Source: Podarcis erhardii
Taxonomy: Eukaryota
Reading direction: 5' to 3' (one strand)
NCBI GenBank assembly: GCA_964252035.1
Contig: OZ176206.1
Length of the DNA: 64,000 nucleotides
The position numbers and the translations under genes were made by a program. Positions 12,001 to 29,574 of the stretch are shown in pieces. Within the stretch, counting starts at the first letter, position 1, and every line of letters begins with the position of its first letter. Below the pieces are notes generated by a model. The model did not search any database and had not been told where the DNA came from. It saw only the letters and a list, made by a program, of their open reading frames with translations.

Positions 12001-12350
12001 TTGACAAACATGACACTGTCCTCCTCGCCTTGTTACAAAACATTGACCACACCCGTACCATTTCATTACTGGAAATCTGTGTAAAAAGAATACGTAAGCT
12101 TCTCCTAACCTGCAAATCCAAGGAGCTGCACTTTGGGTGGTGAGGTGGTAGGAGAAGGGCTCCAGTTCTCGCACTTGACTCTGTGAATTTGTCTTACAGA
12201 TTTAACTTGCTGGCCAAGACGAGGAGAACATGGAAGCAGGATGGCATGAACACACTGGAGTACCAGCTGCTCTCCAAGAAACTCCACCCCCTCTACACAA
12301 ATATCACTGTCTTCATTGGCACTGAGAAGGGAATGCGCCATGCCATGTGA
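5933..12350 (+). CDS. Beta-1,4-galactosyltransferase 3-like (GT7 family), complete spliced CDS join(5933..6194,7109..7344,8497..8684,10298..10420,10847..10951,12200..12350), 1065 nt, 354 aa
   Basis: All introns are GT-AG and the phases match (1,0,2,2,2). The protein has an N-terminal TM anchor ([18 protein letters not shown]) and the GT7 motifs [21 protein letters not shown] (DxD), [16 protein letters not shown] and LYTNIT. By recall it is closest to B4GALT3 ([15 protein letters not shown]). Symbol left blank because orthology is doubtful. Confidence 0.93.
6750..6891 (+). mobile_element. tRNA-Lys-derived SINE with CR1-type 3' tail (Squam1-like)
   Basis: Head resembles tRNA-Lys(CTT) (tagagcatgagact...gtcgtgggtttgagcccc); tail ggtcccttccaactctacaattctatgattct. 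Confidence 0.8.
7109..7344 (+). CDS. B4GALT3-like coding exon 2 (GPIRVTF...GIYIIHQ)
   Basis: ctgcag|GA acceptor, CAG|gtgcgt donor, 236 nt. Confidence 0.95.
7402..7643 (+). mobile_element. Tc1/pogo-type MITE, family A copy 1 (242 bp)
   Basis: TIR CAGTGGTACCTCGGGTTA...TAACCCGAGGTACCACTG, TA on both sides. Confidence 0.9.
8327..8477. other. Assembly gap (151 N)
   Basis: Run of N ending 19 nt before the acceptor at 8497. Confidence 0.99.
8497..8684 (+). CDS. B4GALT3-like coding exon 3 ([15 protein letters not shown]...FHDVD...KFGY)
   Basis: tctcag|GCT acceptor, AA|gtaagc donor, 188 nt; this frame is missing from the ORF track because it has no start codon. Confidence 0.95.
8851..9010 (+). mobile_element. 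Degenerate tRNA-derived SINE (Squam3/MIR-like) ending in an (AAT)n tail
   Basis: gactagaaccagagaaacctgggttcaaat...cagccat...tgtgaggataaa; similar copy at 27291. Confidence 0.6.
9013..9066 (+). repeat. (AAT)18 microsatellite
   Basis: Direct count, 54 nt. Confidence 0.95.
10298..10420 (+). CDS. B4GALT3-like coding exon 4 ([11 protein letters not shown]...[12 protein letters not shown])
   Basis: ttgcag|G acceptor, AG|gtaaag donor, 123 nt. Confidence 0.95.
10847..10951 (+). CDS. B4GALT3-like coding exon 5 ([11 protein letters not shown]...[10 protein letters not shown])
   Basis: tcttag|G acceptor, AG|gtgagt donor, 105 nt. Confidence 0.95.
12200..12350 (+). CDS. B4GALT3-like last coding exon ([17 protein letters not shown]...GMRHAM*)
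   Basis: ttacag|A acceptor; in-frame TGA at 12348-12350. Confidence 0.93.
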
Positions 12351-12727
12351 TGCACTAGCCACAGAGTGGCCTGGGGACAGGAGCCCCACCCTGCCACTTC
12401 TCTGGGACCAAGGAAACCAAAGAATCCACAGGGAGATGGACAGCCCTGAGCATTGTGGTCATCATGTGCTGACTGTTGTGTCTAGCAAGGTGCTAGGGGT
12501 ACTGCATACCAGGGACTGGATGGGGACTCCACACAAAGACTTCCTCCCCCTCCCCTGGAGCGTTTCTCTCTTGAGGGCTGGATGCAGTCTGACTTTACAG
12601 GACTCCGTTTGTGGGATGCCTTTCATACCTTGGTTGAAGGAGCGGCACGGTAGCTTGAGCAGAAAACCAGGATTGTCCTTTGCAAGTCTGAACCTCTGCA
12701 GCTGCTGTGCCATGGTTTGTCTTTCTT

Positions 12728-12733
12728 ATTAAA
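12728..12733 (+). terminator. Probable poly(A) signal (ATTAAA) of the B4GALT3-like gene
   Basis: ATTAAA about 380 nt after the stop, followed by a T/GT-rich stretch. Confidence 0.55.
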
Positions 12734-13375
12734 GTGCAATTTATTTTAAAGCGTGTGGCCAAGTAGCAGTTTCTCTTCTGGAGCGAGCCTAAGAGGGAAG
12801 CTGTTAGCAGCCATCTCTCCTGGGCCAGTTGTGCTCTTCGCCAGGAAGGCAAGAGAGGAGCTGTATGAGGGCTAGAGCTGATTGGCAGGTCAACACACTA
12901 GCGCTGGGATGGCCCAGGCAGGTAGCAATGAGTTGTGCTGGAAGACATGGTGGGCTTATAGGCGGACTATCAGCAGTGTCTAAGGAGATGTGATAAAATG
13001 CCAAGCTAGCTTGTTGCTCGCTCTTGCAAAGGCAGTTATTCTGAAGAGGTCCCTTCTGTTCACCCTCTTCCTGCGCTGCAGAAAGGATTGTAGCTGGATT
13101 TCCACCCCCACCCCCTTTCTTGGATGAGTGGATCTCAAGGATCTCTGCTTTTACAGCTGTGTGGGCTCAGCTGGTTCACTGAATTAGTATATGCAAGATA
13201 ACCCCTTCTGTAATAGTAGTGGTCTCTCCAGAGCAGGTCCTACCTACTGGGATTTGTAGCAGCCACAAACAGCAATAGAGCTGAAATTAGGATTGGAACT
13301 TATTTTTAGCTCTTGTGATTTGAAAATGTGTTCACTGTCAGCCTTGGAAGACAGATGAGTTGACCATTCACTATA

Positions 13376-13602
13376 CAGTGGTACCTTGGTTTTCGAACGT
13401 AAACCCTTCCGGAAGATGGTTCCAAGTTCTGAAACATTCCAAAAATCGAAACTCAATAGTTGACAGGGTCTTGCACTCAGTGGAAGCCACATTTCCTGTT
13501 CATCATCCATGGCGTGTTCGAAAACCAAAGAATTTACAGTTTACAGCGTTCAAGTTCCGAAACATTCGTCAATGGAGATGTTCGAAAACTGAGGTACCAC
13601 TG
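13376..13602. mobile_element. Tc1/pogo-type MITE, related family B
   Basis: CAGTGGTACCTTGGTTTTCGAAC...GTTCGAAAACTGAGGTACCACTG, TA flanks, different interior. Confidence 0.85.
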
Positions 13603-13849
13603 TAGTTTGTATTGATTAGACTAGGTGGTGACAATTTTGCTTTGCAATTTCTCAGGTGTTCTTCTTCCACAGCTATCTCCAAACTCTTAAAGAGTTCAGC
13701 CAAATCCCTTCAACATCTGAAGGAATCAAGACAATGCAATGAACATGGCTGCAGCCATGCTTTTTCCAAAGGTACCTTAAGTAATCCTCTGAACTGTGGA
13801 ATCAGCCATGCCAATGCATAAGCTGAAGGAGTTGTGATAAAATGTGCAA

Positions 13850-15390
13850 GTCTGGCTTGAACCTCTGGAGCAATCGTTTATATGAAAAGGAAGTAAAATG
13901 TGCCCTAAAAGAGAACAGTGATATTGCAAAGAAACTAAATGAATTATTTGTATCCATTGTGAAATATGCTGGGCTGATGCCTGATCCTCAGCAGCCTTTT
14001 CGAGGGAGGAGTCTGAATAACTGAGACAAATGGCTGTGACAAATAGAAGCCCTAGTGCTTATTATCAGATGGCTGGGTCTGAATCAGATCCATTCCAAAG
14101 TTATTAAAGGAACAAGCGTGAAACTGCTGATCTTCTAACAGAGATATGCAACTTATCCCAAAAATCAGTTTCTGTACCAGAGGATTGGAAAGTAACCATA
14201 TATAGAGAGAGAGTGGTTCAGGTGTGAACCCAGGAAATGAAAAAGCTAGTAAGCTTAATAAAATTCTATCAAGTATATATAGAAGTTACAAACCTTTCTG
14301 AAGAAGAATCAGCATGGCTTCTGCAAAGGAAAGTTCTGTCTCACATCTTTTAACTTTAGTCTGTCAACAGGACTGTGGATGGAATGATCCTGGAGGATCT
14401 TGGGCCTTTGGACTTTTGGGCAATACCTCACTAAAGCCTGCTGCATAAACTGTTAGTCACAGCATAGAAGGACCTCTAATGGATCGGTAACTGACTAAAC
14501 AACAGAAAGAAGAGAGCAGGAATAAATGGACAGTTCACAATGAAGGGAAGAAAGAGAAAATATATTGTAGTAGTTTATAAATGAGATGGCCAAACACTAA
14601 ATTATTCAAGATTATCAAACCCTAAATGGATTAAGAAATTTTTTAAAAAGATCTCCAAATTTGCAAATGAGATTCAATATAATGGGGGCAAAACCACCTA
14701 ACTTTCGATATACTCTGATGGGGTTTTAGCTAGTGCTGATTAACAAAGATGATCTCAGGATTAGCAATAATTCATTGCTAATGATTATTAGGTAAGAGAA
14801 TGAGAAGGAAACTGCCAGTGGTAAAAAGCCCTTGGCATAATGACATTAGTTGCTGCTGCTAAAATAATGCTGGATAATAATGGATCCATTGTGTGGCTCA
14901 GAATAGGTAGCTTTCTGAGGTCTTGTAAATATTGTTCGCTGTTTCCAGGTGTCCTATCTCAAAAATGATACTGTACATCTGGCAGTAGTACCGGCAAGGA
15001 TAACTAAAATTATCTCTAAATGAAAGGCTACAGTGGTTGTGGGTGAAAAAAAGGAAGAAATGATTGTTTTTGATGGTTGTAAAATTATGTAGGGTATGGA
15101 CAAAGTGGTTAAAAAGTTTTTTCTCCTTTTCAGTACTGTAACTCATCACCTGATGAAGGTGGCATAAGATTCAGGACAGATGGAAAGTAATTATAGTACT
15201 GTATATTATTTCTTAATGGAATTTACTGCCACAAAATGTGGTGACCTCTAGCTTATTACATGACTTTAAAAGATCTGATAAATCCATGGAATGGTTATAT
15301 GCAACCCAGGCTCCGAGGCCGTGTCCTATATACAGTGGGAGGGTTGTTTCCTTCCAGAGGCATCTGATTTGCCACTGGCCCCAAGGCCTC
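13850..15390 (+). mobile_element. Old, frameshifted CR1 LINE (ORF2 remnant and 3' end)
   Basis: Decayed ORF2 motifs: IAKKLNELFVSI, cagcatggcttctgcaaaggaaagttctgtctcac (QHGFCKGKSCL), tggatcggtaactgacta...ggaataaatggacagttc (WIGNW...GINGQF); CR1-like 3' region. Boundaries approximate. Confidence 0.7.
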
Positions 15391-15624
15391 CCACTTTTCC
15401 CATGAGCAAAGGGCTCCAATACCCTTTGGACACATCACTGATTTGAATAAAAATCTGCATTGTAAAGATGTGTGTTAAGACTGGCAGTTTCAATCTGTTT
15501 TCTAGCAATACTCAGGGCCTACATGCTAGTTTCTGAATGAGAGACTGAGTAAGTTGAGGCTTCCACTGTCTACCTTTGGCAATGTGCTGGTAGAACAGGA
15601 GTAACACAAAAGTGTCCCAAATTG

Positions 15625-15645
15625 CAGCAGCAGCAGCAGCAGCAG
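15625..15645 (+). repeat. (CAG)7 microsatellite
   Basis: Direct reading. Confidence 0.85.
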
Positions 15646-18600
15646 CTGTGCTGTGCACCTTCCTGTTCTACTTCTTGAAAGCCATCTGTTCTCTTGCTCA
15701 TGAATAGTGAAATGGTTCACTATTGCGGCAAGAAAGGTTAACATGTAGCGGCTGTACGACAGAGATGGGGAAGCGGTGGGCCCACCAACTGATGTTGGAC
15801 ACAACTCCCATTGACCATGGATGCTGAGACTGCAAAGAGCTAGTGTCCTACAGCATCTGGAGGGCTACAGGTTCCCCAACATTGTGGAACAGACATTTAT
15901 AGAATAGCCTTCTTAGCCAAGCTCCTTCAACATGTCTGCTGATTCGTATGGTTCCTTTACATGAACTAAGCTTGGACATCTCTCCCATAGCTTTGCTGTT
16001 ATGCTACCCACATTGCGGACTGGGGGAGGTTGTCATGACTGCAGAGATTTTTAAAATTATTATTATCAACCAGATTCATTCTGCCTTCCTAGAGTGTGGG
16101 ATATAAATATGAAGGAATAAAGCTGCATGCTGAATGAGTAGTATGAACCCCATGCTACATGAATAGTCCAGCATTCTGCTCCCACCCACCCAAGCAGGAC
16201 ATGAAAACAATAGCTTTGTTTGCATAATTTGTCTAAAGGAAACAGGTGAATGCATTTCAGGGGTAATAGGTATTTGAAGTGACAGGTCTTATTACCCTAT
16301 TTTCCTTTGAGGGAGGCTGCTACATACAGCCTAAAAGCTGGGCCAGGGTATGTGCAGGAAACTACTTGTTAGGACAATTTGGGCGCAGGGTGAGGTGATA
16401 CAATTTTAGACTCTCCACTGAATAATGCAAGTGTAACTAAACTATCACATCATTCCCCGCCCCACCCCCAATCTGTTTAATATTTGTGAGCAACTCTGCT
16501 GAAATGAGAGCAGAGTCTGACATGTGGCATTCTATTTTACATTGCATATGATTGGAAAAGCCCAGAAGTCCTAAATGAAAACACCAAACTATGAGAGCTC
16601 AGAATAGTAGCTCAAATCAAACACATACACTCTAAAATGTCCATCACATTAATTGAAAACAAAGGGATAGTACCGAGGTACAGTTGTGTACCTCGATACT
16701 ACCCCTTATTCTCTCCTGTATAAATGTTATGCATTTGGTCATTTCCAATAATTTCTTAATTTACAAAGAGGCTGCAGAGGCAGGGATCCATGAATTTTAG
16801 CTGTGCAGTTTGTTACCAACTGAACTGTGGCATCATCTGAGACCTAGCCCTCCTGCCATTTTGAAAAGATTGCTCTGCCTCAATTTATTGTGAGGTGCGT
16901 TTTAAAAAATAATAGTGGTGACATACAATGAAGGCTTTCCATGTTGCCTGCCAGAATTAAGTTTGTGGGTGATGCCGTGACCATATTTGTGAACCTTTGT
17001 ACAGTATCCCCAAGCCTCACTAAAGACAGAGATAGAAGTTCTAAAAACACTACCCTACCCTGTTCTTTTAAGCCCCCAATCCTTAAAAACCCTAATTCCC
17101 CATTATAGCCAATGGGACATGGGAATCAAAACTGATATTAGTCTGTTAATTTAAATTAAACTTGGGCTTGATCATCTCTGCAGTCAGACAAGCTAGAGAC
17201 CTCCTTTTGGAGAAGGAAAAAACTGGGATTCTAAAAATGATTGATGTTAAACTGAATACTAGAGTTTTTTTGTCTTCTCTTTTGCATGTGCACAATTGCA
17301 ACCTGCATACAAGACTTAACAGGCTATAAGATTTAACAGGGGCTTTTAGTCTCAAATCAAGCATTTTTAAAAACAGAAAGAACTGTGCCCAGAGTGGAGT
17401 TTACTGTGGAAGAGAGAGAAAAAGAAAAGAATAAAAGCATGTGGTAATCTGGTAATTTATGCCAGAGAATATACTCTAGCCCAGGTGTGGGGAAACTCTG
17501 GTCCATCAGGCCTTCTCATTCAGCCCACAAGACTGTTTTGCTCACCTGCCGCCATACATGACATCAGGTGTGAGGCTAAATAGAGACATTGGTAGCAGAA
17601 AACACACCGAAACACATACACTTGTGCGTTAGCTGATGCACAGGGAGTTCAATACTGCTTAGGTGTACCAGCTGATTCCCACTGGAAACTGCACAAAGCA
17701 GGCCAACTTTGACAGGTGGGCATGACAATCATCAGATGTCAATAAGACACCAGGTGGTTGACAGGTCGGTAGTCCTGTCCCCGTAAGAGTTAGCCCACGG
17801 GAAAGTAAAGATTAGCCTACTGCCCCTAAAAGGTTCCTCACCACTGCTGTAGACAGGAGGGATGGGGAACCTGTGACCCTCCAGATGTTGCAATTTATAC
17901 TGCCTTTCACCCTTGACCATTGGTGGAGCTAGGAGTCCCAACATCACACGGAGGGCCATGGGTTCCCTCTGCCTACCTTTGAGGAAACCAATGTGACAAG
18001 TCAGTAGAGAACTGAACAACATGAGAGCATGACCTTGATGTGCACTACTACCAGAACTCTAGCCTAGCTTGAAACCTTTCCCGAGCAAGGCTCCTTGGAG
18101 GTACAGAACCCTGGTGTGACAGCAGAAAGAACAACAGCCACTACTTTTTGTAGTAGGCTCAGTTATTCTTTCCAGTTTGGGCATGTACTTCGTAAAGGAG
18201 ACAAGTTTCAGGTGATAAAGCTATCTGCCTTCATTTTAACTATGAATTCACTCTTAAAAGGCATGAATGGCAGTGTGTAGTGCGGGCAGGGTAGGGGTAA
18301 AGAGGCAGCTGGTCTGGCAGGGAGCTAAGAATACAGAACCCTCTGATGATCACTTTTAAGCATTTATGATTTAAATGGGAGCAGATAATTAATGGAATAC
18401 ATTCCCAAGTTGAACAACTGTCTGCAAGTGCTTGTTTGTTCAAGTGTAACAGACTCATTTATTCTACTCAGAATAAAGGCTAGGACCAGCACCAAAAACC
18501 TGCAGAACTTCAACTTTGTGGTACTTACGAGCTATTGGATGGCCTTGGTTGAGGTTACTTTGTGTTCAAGCAGCAAGTTCTTCTTTCCACAAGCACCACC

Positions 18601-19995
18601 AAATGTCTAATTTGATTTCCCATCTGCAGTGGAGTTTGCTCATGCGCGCAGCCATCTTTCTTCATTAGCTCTTGCCTAGCTGGGCCCAAGCCTCTCAACT
18701 GGCCTCCTTTCTTTCAGTTGGTAGCATTGGGCGCAAAACTGTGCACATTTTGTTCTAAATAACAAAAAAGCCTGCACTGCATAATCTGCATAAATTATGC
18801 AAACATGCTGTGTTCCAAACAACTGCTTCTTGGGGCAGAAGGCAGAGGGCATGGAGTGCATCAGAGAATTTGAACACCAGGCCATCGGAAGGCCTATCCA
18901 AGTCATCTTCTGGTTTCAGAACTTGGAATTGCCCCCACGCCTTTCAAACCCATCTTTACAACCAAGAAACATAACAAAAGGCTGAGATTTTTAGGATGCT
19001 GAATCCCAATATCTAATGCCCATGATACTGCAGACATGGGCCTGAGTGTACTAGGACTGCTGAGGACATAGCACATATCCCTGGAACAAATTCCTGGTCT
19101 AAAAAACTGACACAGGCTACATCCAACCACTCTGCACTTCCATTGTAGCATCACATTTTGCCAGTAGCAGCTGAGTCTGGAACCATGTGCCCTGCTTTCA
19201 GAGAACAATGGACAAAACTAACATCTTGTTCAAAAGCCCAAAGCAGCAAGATTACGCTTGCCCTTGTGTTGACTGTATGGTAATTACAATGAAATGCTCT
19301 GTGACTGAAATGCTCTTTTTCTGAGAGGGCCCCTTCATGTGTAAGGCCCAGCCGAATCTCATCCAGCTGAAAAGGACAGCAGCCTGCCAAAACTGGAAAA
19401 GGACAGTGCTAACACAAGCACCTCCAAGTCTGGTCAGGTACAATCCCTGATCTACCTGGCTGTGCAGCACAGCAGAACGAAGTGCCTAGTGAGCAACAAG
19501 AAGCCACTGGAATAGGGAAACAGGCTCCTTGGGTCACCCTGGCCTTGTTGCTTCAATTTCTTGCCAATCTAACAGCACACTTGCTATTTATACTACAGCA
19601 GCATTTTAAGGTGTGGGTGTGTTAAGGGCCAACTCCCTGTGATTAGGAAAAATAATATTGGTTGCATCCCTCTTTCTCTGCTAAGCTTCCAAATTTCCTA
19701 CTCGCGAAAAAAAGAAAAGAACCGTAAGGAAATAGCCTGAGCTCAGACAACCAAATCCTGTGCAGGTGCATGAGCTCAAGTAAGGCAGAGGTACAAGTTC
19801 ACAACCCAGCTCAGCACCCCTCTCCCTCCTTTGCCACCTTCCTAATTGTGCCTTGCACTAGTATACTTCAATGATGCCAGAACACAGATGTAAGCACTCC
19901 CCCCACCCCACCTTCCATCATGTACACACAACAAGAGGCAGGTCCAAGATGGCTGCACACGAGTCAGCATAAACATTCGCTGGTTGGGGCAACCC

Positions 19996-20001
19996 TTTAT
20001 T
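19996..20001 (-). terminator. Probable DYRK1B poly(A) signal AATAAA
   Basis: AATAAA on - about 570 nt downstream of the stop; more distal sites cannot be excluded. Confidence 0.55.
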
Positions 20002-20572
20002 TCCAAGCAGGGGAAAAATTTTTTAGCAGCAATTCCCATGGGACCACATAGGCCACCAAGCCCATCAGTCCACGCAGTGCACAGAAGTCTGACTGTCCAT
20101 CCAAGCACAGAATGTTGAAATCTCTTGCACCAAGGAAGGGAATGGCTGGCAGGCCACATGCCGCTGAATGATTCAAGAGGGGCTGTGGCCAGGAAAGACC
20201 ACACAAGTCAGAGAAAGCACTGACCGAAAGGGGGAAGGCGGCATCCAGGCTGCAAGGGCGGTAGGATGCTGGCTCCACATGCTTCCCCCTGTCCTATTCC
20301 CCCCTCCCCCCTCCCCTCCCCCCCCAACAATGCTTACCAGTTGCAGCAAGGTCCTAGGTAGCAACAGGACCTGGTCTCTAGACTGGCCACAGCCAGGCAA
20401 CCTGACCCATCCCACCGCAAGTCCTGGCCCACTCAGACTCTCACCTATGGAGAAGTGCTCTCTGGCCACTGGTTCCCTGCCCTACAGTCAGTCCTGGCCC
20501 GTCCAGGCTCTGGTGCAACAAGGGAGTGCTCTCGCTGGGCACTGGCTCCTAGCCTGCCGGGCCAGTCCATCA

Positions 20573-26527
<5,955 letters not shown>

Positions 26528-27290
26528 GATTGTCTCAGTAGGAAGAGAGCGGCCCAGAGAGGCAACCTGGCTGCAGGGCGGCAGCTGGCATTGTGGAGTG
26601 CTGCTGCCACCTAGAGGGCACAAAAATAGTTTGGTGAGGTTTTTTTTTTTTTTTAATCACCACACATGCCTGCACTTCCCAGAAATAGCTCCCTGCTTTC
26701 ACCACAAAACGCATTCCAATTTAAGAAGAGAGTCAGTTATCTTGATTACAGTAGGGGTGAGGATATGGCCAAGAACCTAGGTTCTATTCTTAGCTTTTTA
26801 ATGGGAGGGGGGCAGTAGATCCAATTTCCTGAAACAACCCAGGATAGAGAGCTTCACCCAGTGAACTGAAACAGTGACACAAATGTATTAGAAAAGACAG
26901 TCTAAAAGGTGTTTGCATTTCATGGTATTATTAAGCAAATTTATATTTGCAACACCGAAAACCACAAAACAAGAGTTCAGGCATAAGGGCTGGCGCTTAA
27001 TATAAGCATTTCCCAGCCTTCTTTATTTGTTTTAATTACATTATACCTTCATTATACTAAGCAAGGGTCCACTAAATTCTGCAACCTCAAGCTACCACAG
27101 CTTGGGGGTGGGATGGGGGATGGCAGGCCTCTTGTTATCTTTCCCAGACTGACTGCATAGCAGCTTTAAGTGAATGAAAGCTGAGAGAAGAGCATAAGGA
27201 AGCCATCAACTGTTAGCACTGGGATCAAGACTATGCAAATAGGAAGGGAGAAGGCACATATGAATGACTCCTAGATTCAACTGTTCCCTT

Positions 27291-27465
27291 AGTATGGCAT
27301 AGTGTGGCTAGGGTGTTGTACTTGGACCTGGGTTCAAAACACTCTCCAGCCTTGAAGCTCACTGGGTGAGCTCCAGCTCTTTTAGCTGTCTTATCTCACA
27401 GGGATGTTAACAAAATTAAATGGGAGAAGCAGGACCATGTACACATGGGAGGAAGGGCAGAATCA
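27291..27465 (+). mobile_element. Degenerate tRNA-derived SINE (Squam3/MIR-like)
   Basis: ggacctgggttcaaa...gaagctcactgggtga...ctcacagggatgtt. Confidence 0.6.
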
Positions 27466-27534
27466 TGAAATGTATTCCTGAATGTTTTAAGGTCTAGGTA
27501 TTGTGTTCCATGTTTTGTAATCAAGGACGCTTAC

Positions 27535-27629
27535 CTGAGTGCATGTGCACCTTTACCATTAATGGCATTTTGGGAAGGGAAAGAGGCAAGAGGAGAGGCT
27601 ACAGCTTGAACTGTGCAGAGGAGAGGTAA
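27535..27629 (-). other. DYRK1B: Candidate alternative DYRK1B 5' exon carrying an in-frame ATG (27568)
   Basis: Consensus donor CAG|gtaagc at 27534; acceptor ttttctgtag|27629; the phase-1 end fits the open 5' part of the 26610 exon. Confidence 0.55.
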
Positions 27630-28300
27630 CTACAGAAAAACAGGCAGAGGTGTTTGCATGTCAGACACGGTCAGAGGCTCTAGCAAAACCACAGGGATTG
27701 TCAGAACTGAAGGAAAGCTGGGCAAAATGTGGTCAGTATACTGTATCTTATTATGCAGCCACACCTCAAAGTTACAGGTCTCTCTTTTGAAATGTAGTTA
27801 AAGAGAGGGATTCCCTCAGCGCCCACTGGGAGTCAATATCTGTGCTGTTTCTAACATGATTTCTATTTGTAGTTTGCTTCTCCTCCCCCCAAAACAGCAA
27901 TTCTCCATTGGTGATGCTATGAACATGTCAATTTTTCTTACTGCAGGTTACTAAACAGATTTATACCCCCTTTTGGAATAATTCAGTTTAATTCAGTTAC
28001 TGTTGCCATGTATTTTTTTTTTAATGTCTGTTTTTTAAATGTCTGTTTTATTATCTGTTTTAGTTTTGAAATACTGTTAATTATCATTTTAATATATATG
28101 GTATTTTCTACCGTGGGACCATCTGGTGAAGGATGGTTTATAAATACTCTAAACAAACAAACAAATAATCAAAAGATACAAAACCGTCTTTTATGCTACT
28201 GGTGCCCAGGACATACATTTCCATTTTGCAGACACTTCTGCCCCAATATACACACCCATATATCTATTAGAATACATTCTTTACATTAAAATTTATATTA

Positions 28301-28622
28301 CTGTATTAGCCTGAATATAAGCGTCACTTCTTCCCCAAATTCCGACCATGAAAAGTAAAGTGCAGCTTATATTCGTGACCTTATGGTATGCAGCCAGGAG
28401 CGCGGCAAAGTGGCACCTGCCCCGCGCGTAGTCCCCCATCCTCTCTCCCAAGGCCGGGATGGGAGACAGCGAGGTAGGGGAAAGGCCACCAGCAACGCAG
28501 TGCGGCTACCCCACCCCCCATGCAGCCAGGAGCAGTGAGGAATGGAGCGGGTTATATTCAGGTATTTTTTCTTCCTCCCCCCTCCAATTTTAAAGGTGCA
28601 GCTTATATTCAGGCAAATACAG
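28301..28622. mobile_element. pogo/Tc2-type MITE
   Basis: TIR CTGTATT(A/T)GCCTGAATATAAGC at both ends, TA flanks. Confidence 0.85.
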
Positions 28623-29574
28623 TATTTTTTACAACTTGCATCAATTGATGTGGTCCCCTTGGCCAAATCTGGCCCTTTGAGGTATGTTATGTTTCCCCTA
28701 CTAATTTTTAGTCCCAAAGCCAAGAGAGGGATCTGGATGAAAAGCAACAGTAGGAACAGAAGCTTCCCAGCAAACCACTTTTAAGGGATGGCCTACCACA
28801 GACAACTTTCTTATCAAAGTGAACCTCCACAAAAAACGATCTGCTAACTAAAGTTCTAATATTACTACATAAACATGATGGTGTATACTGTTTGCTTACA
28901 ACAAACAAATAAAATAAAAATTATATGATGTGAGAACCTATAAGGTCTACTCTTGCTTTAAAAACAAAACAAAATCTGACGTTCTCACAATGTTGAATTT
29001 TGCAGCCAGAGTCATGTTCTCTGCTATCCCAGAACACACATACCCTTGCTAAGAATTCAATAATAGCCAAGACTACTATTCTTTTTAAAAAGCACTTCTA
29101 ATATTATTTACTTATGTAATAAAAACAGTTAAATTACTCTGAGGGATTGTGAATGCAATAACTCAGATATGTACCCCCTCTCTCTCCAGTATTTTTTAAT
29201 TTTTATTCAATTGTATTTTTCTTTTTCTATTTCCTTATTTCTTCCAAGCCAATTCTATTACAAAGAACAAACCACCTACATAATTAAAAAGCCAATTCCC
29301 AGAGCCACACATTAACAGAGCCTGAGGGGCCATTGCAACACAGACCCTCCTTCCATGTGCACACACCTTGCCCTTCCGGACACACATTTCACGAGTATAG
29401 ATTTTACAATCTAAGATGTCAGAACTTTATTCTCAGTGGCTTCCACGGAATTCCATGGAGCAAGGGGGAAAAATTGGAGCACATTTGAGAAAGGCAGAAC
29501 TCAGTGCCTAGAGCAGGGAACAATTTAGGCCTCATCTCAATGCAGCTCTTGGATTCCCCCTGAACGAATCTAGA

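Noticed and set aside
15800-19970. Additional gene or long DYRK1B 3' UTR in the intergenic stretch
   Set aside because: No spliceable coding frame found. Distal AATAAA on - (16889-16884, 18463-18458) exist but cannot be assigned without RNA data
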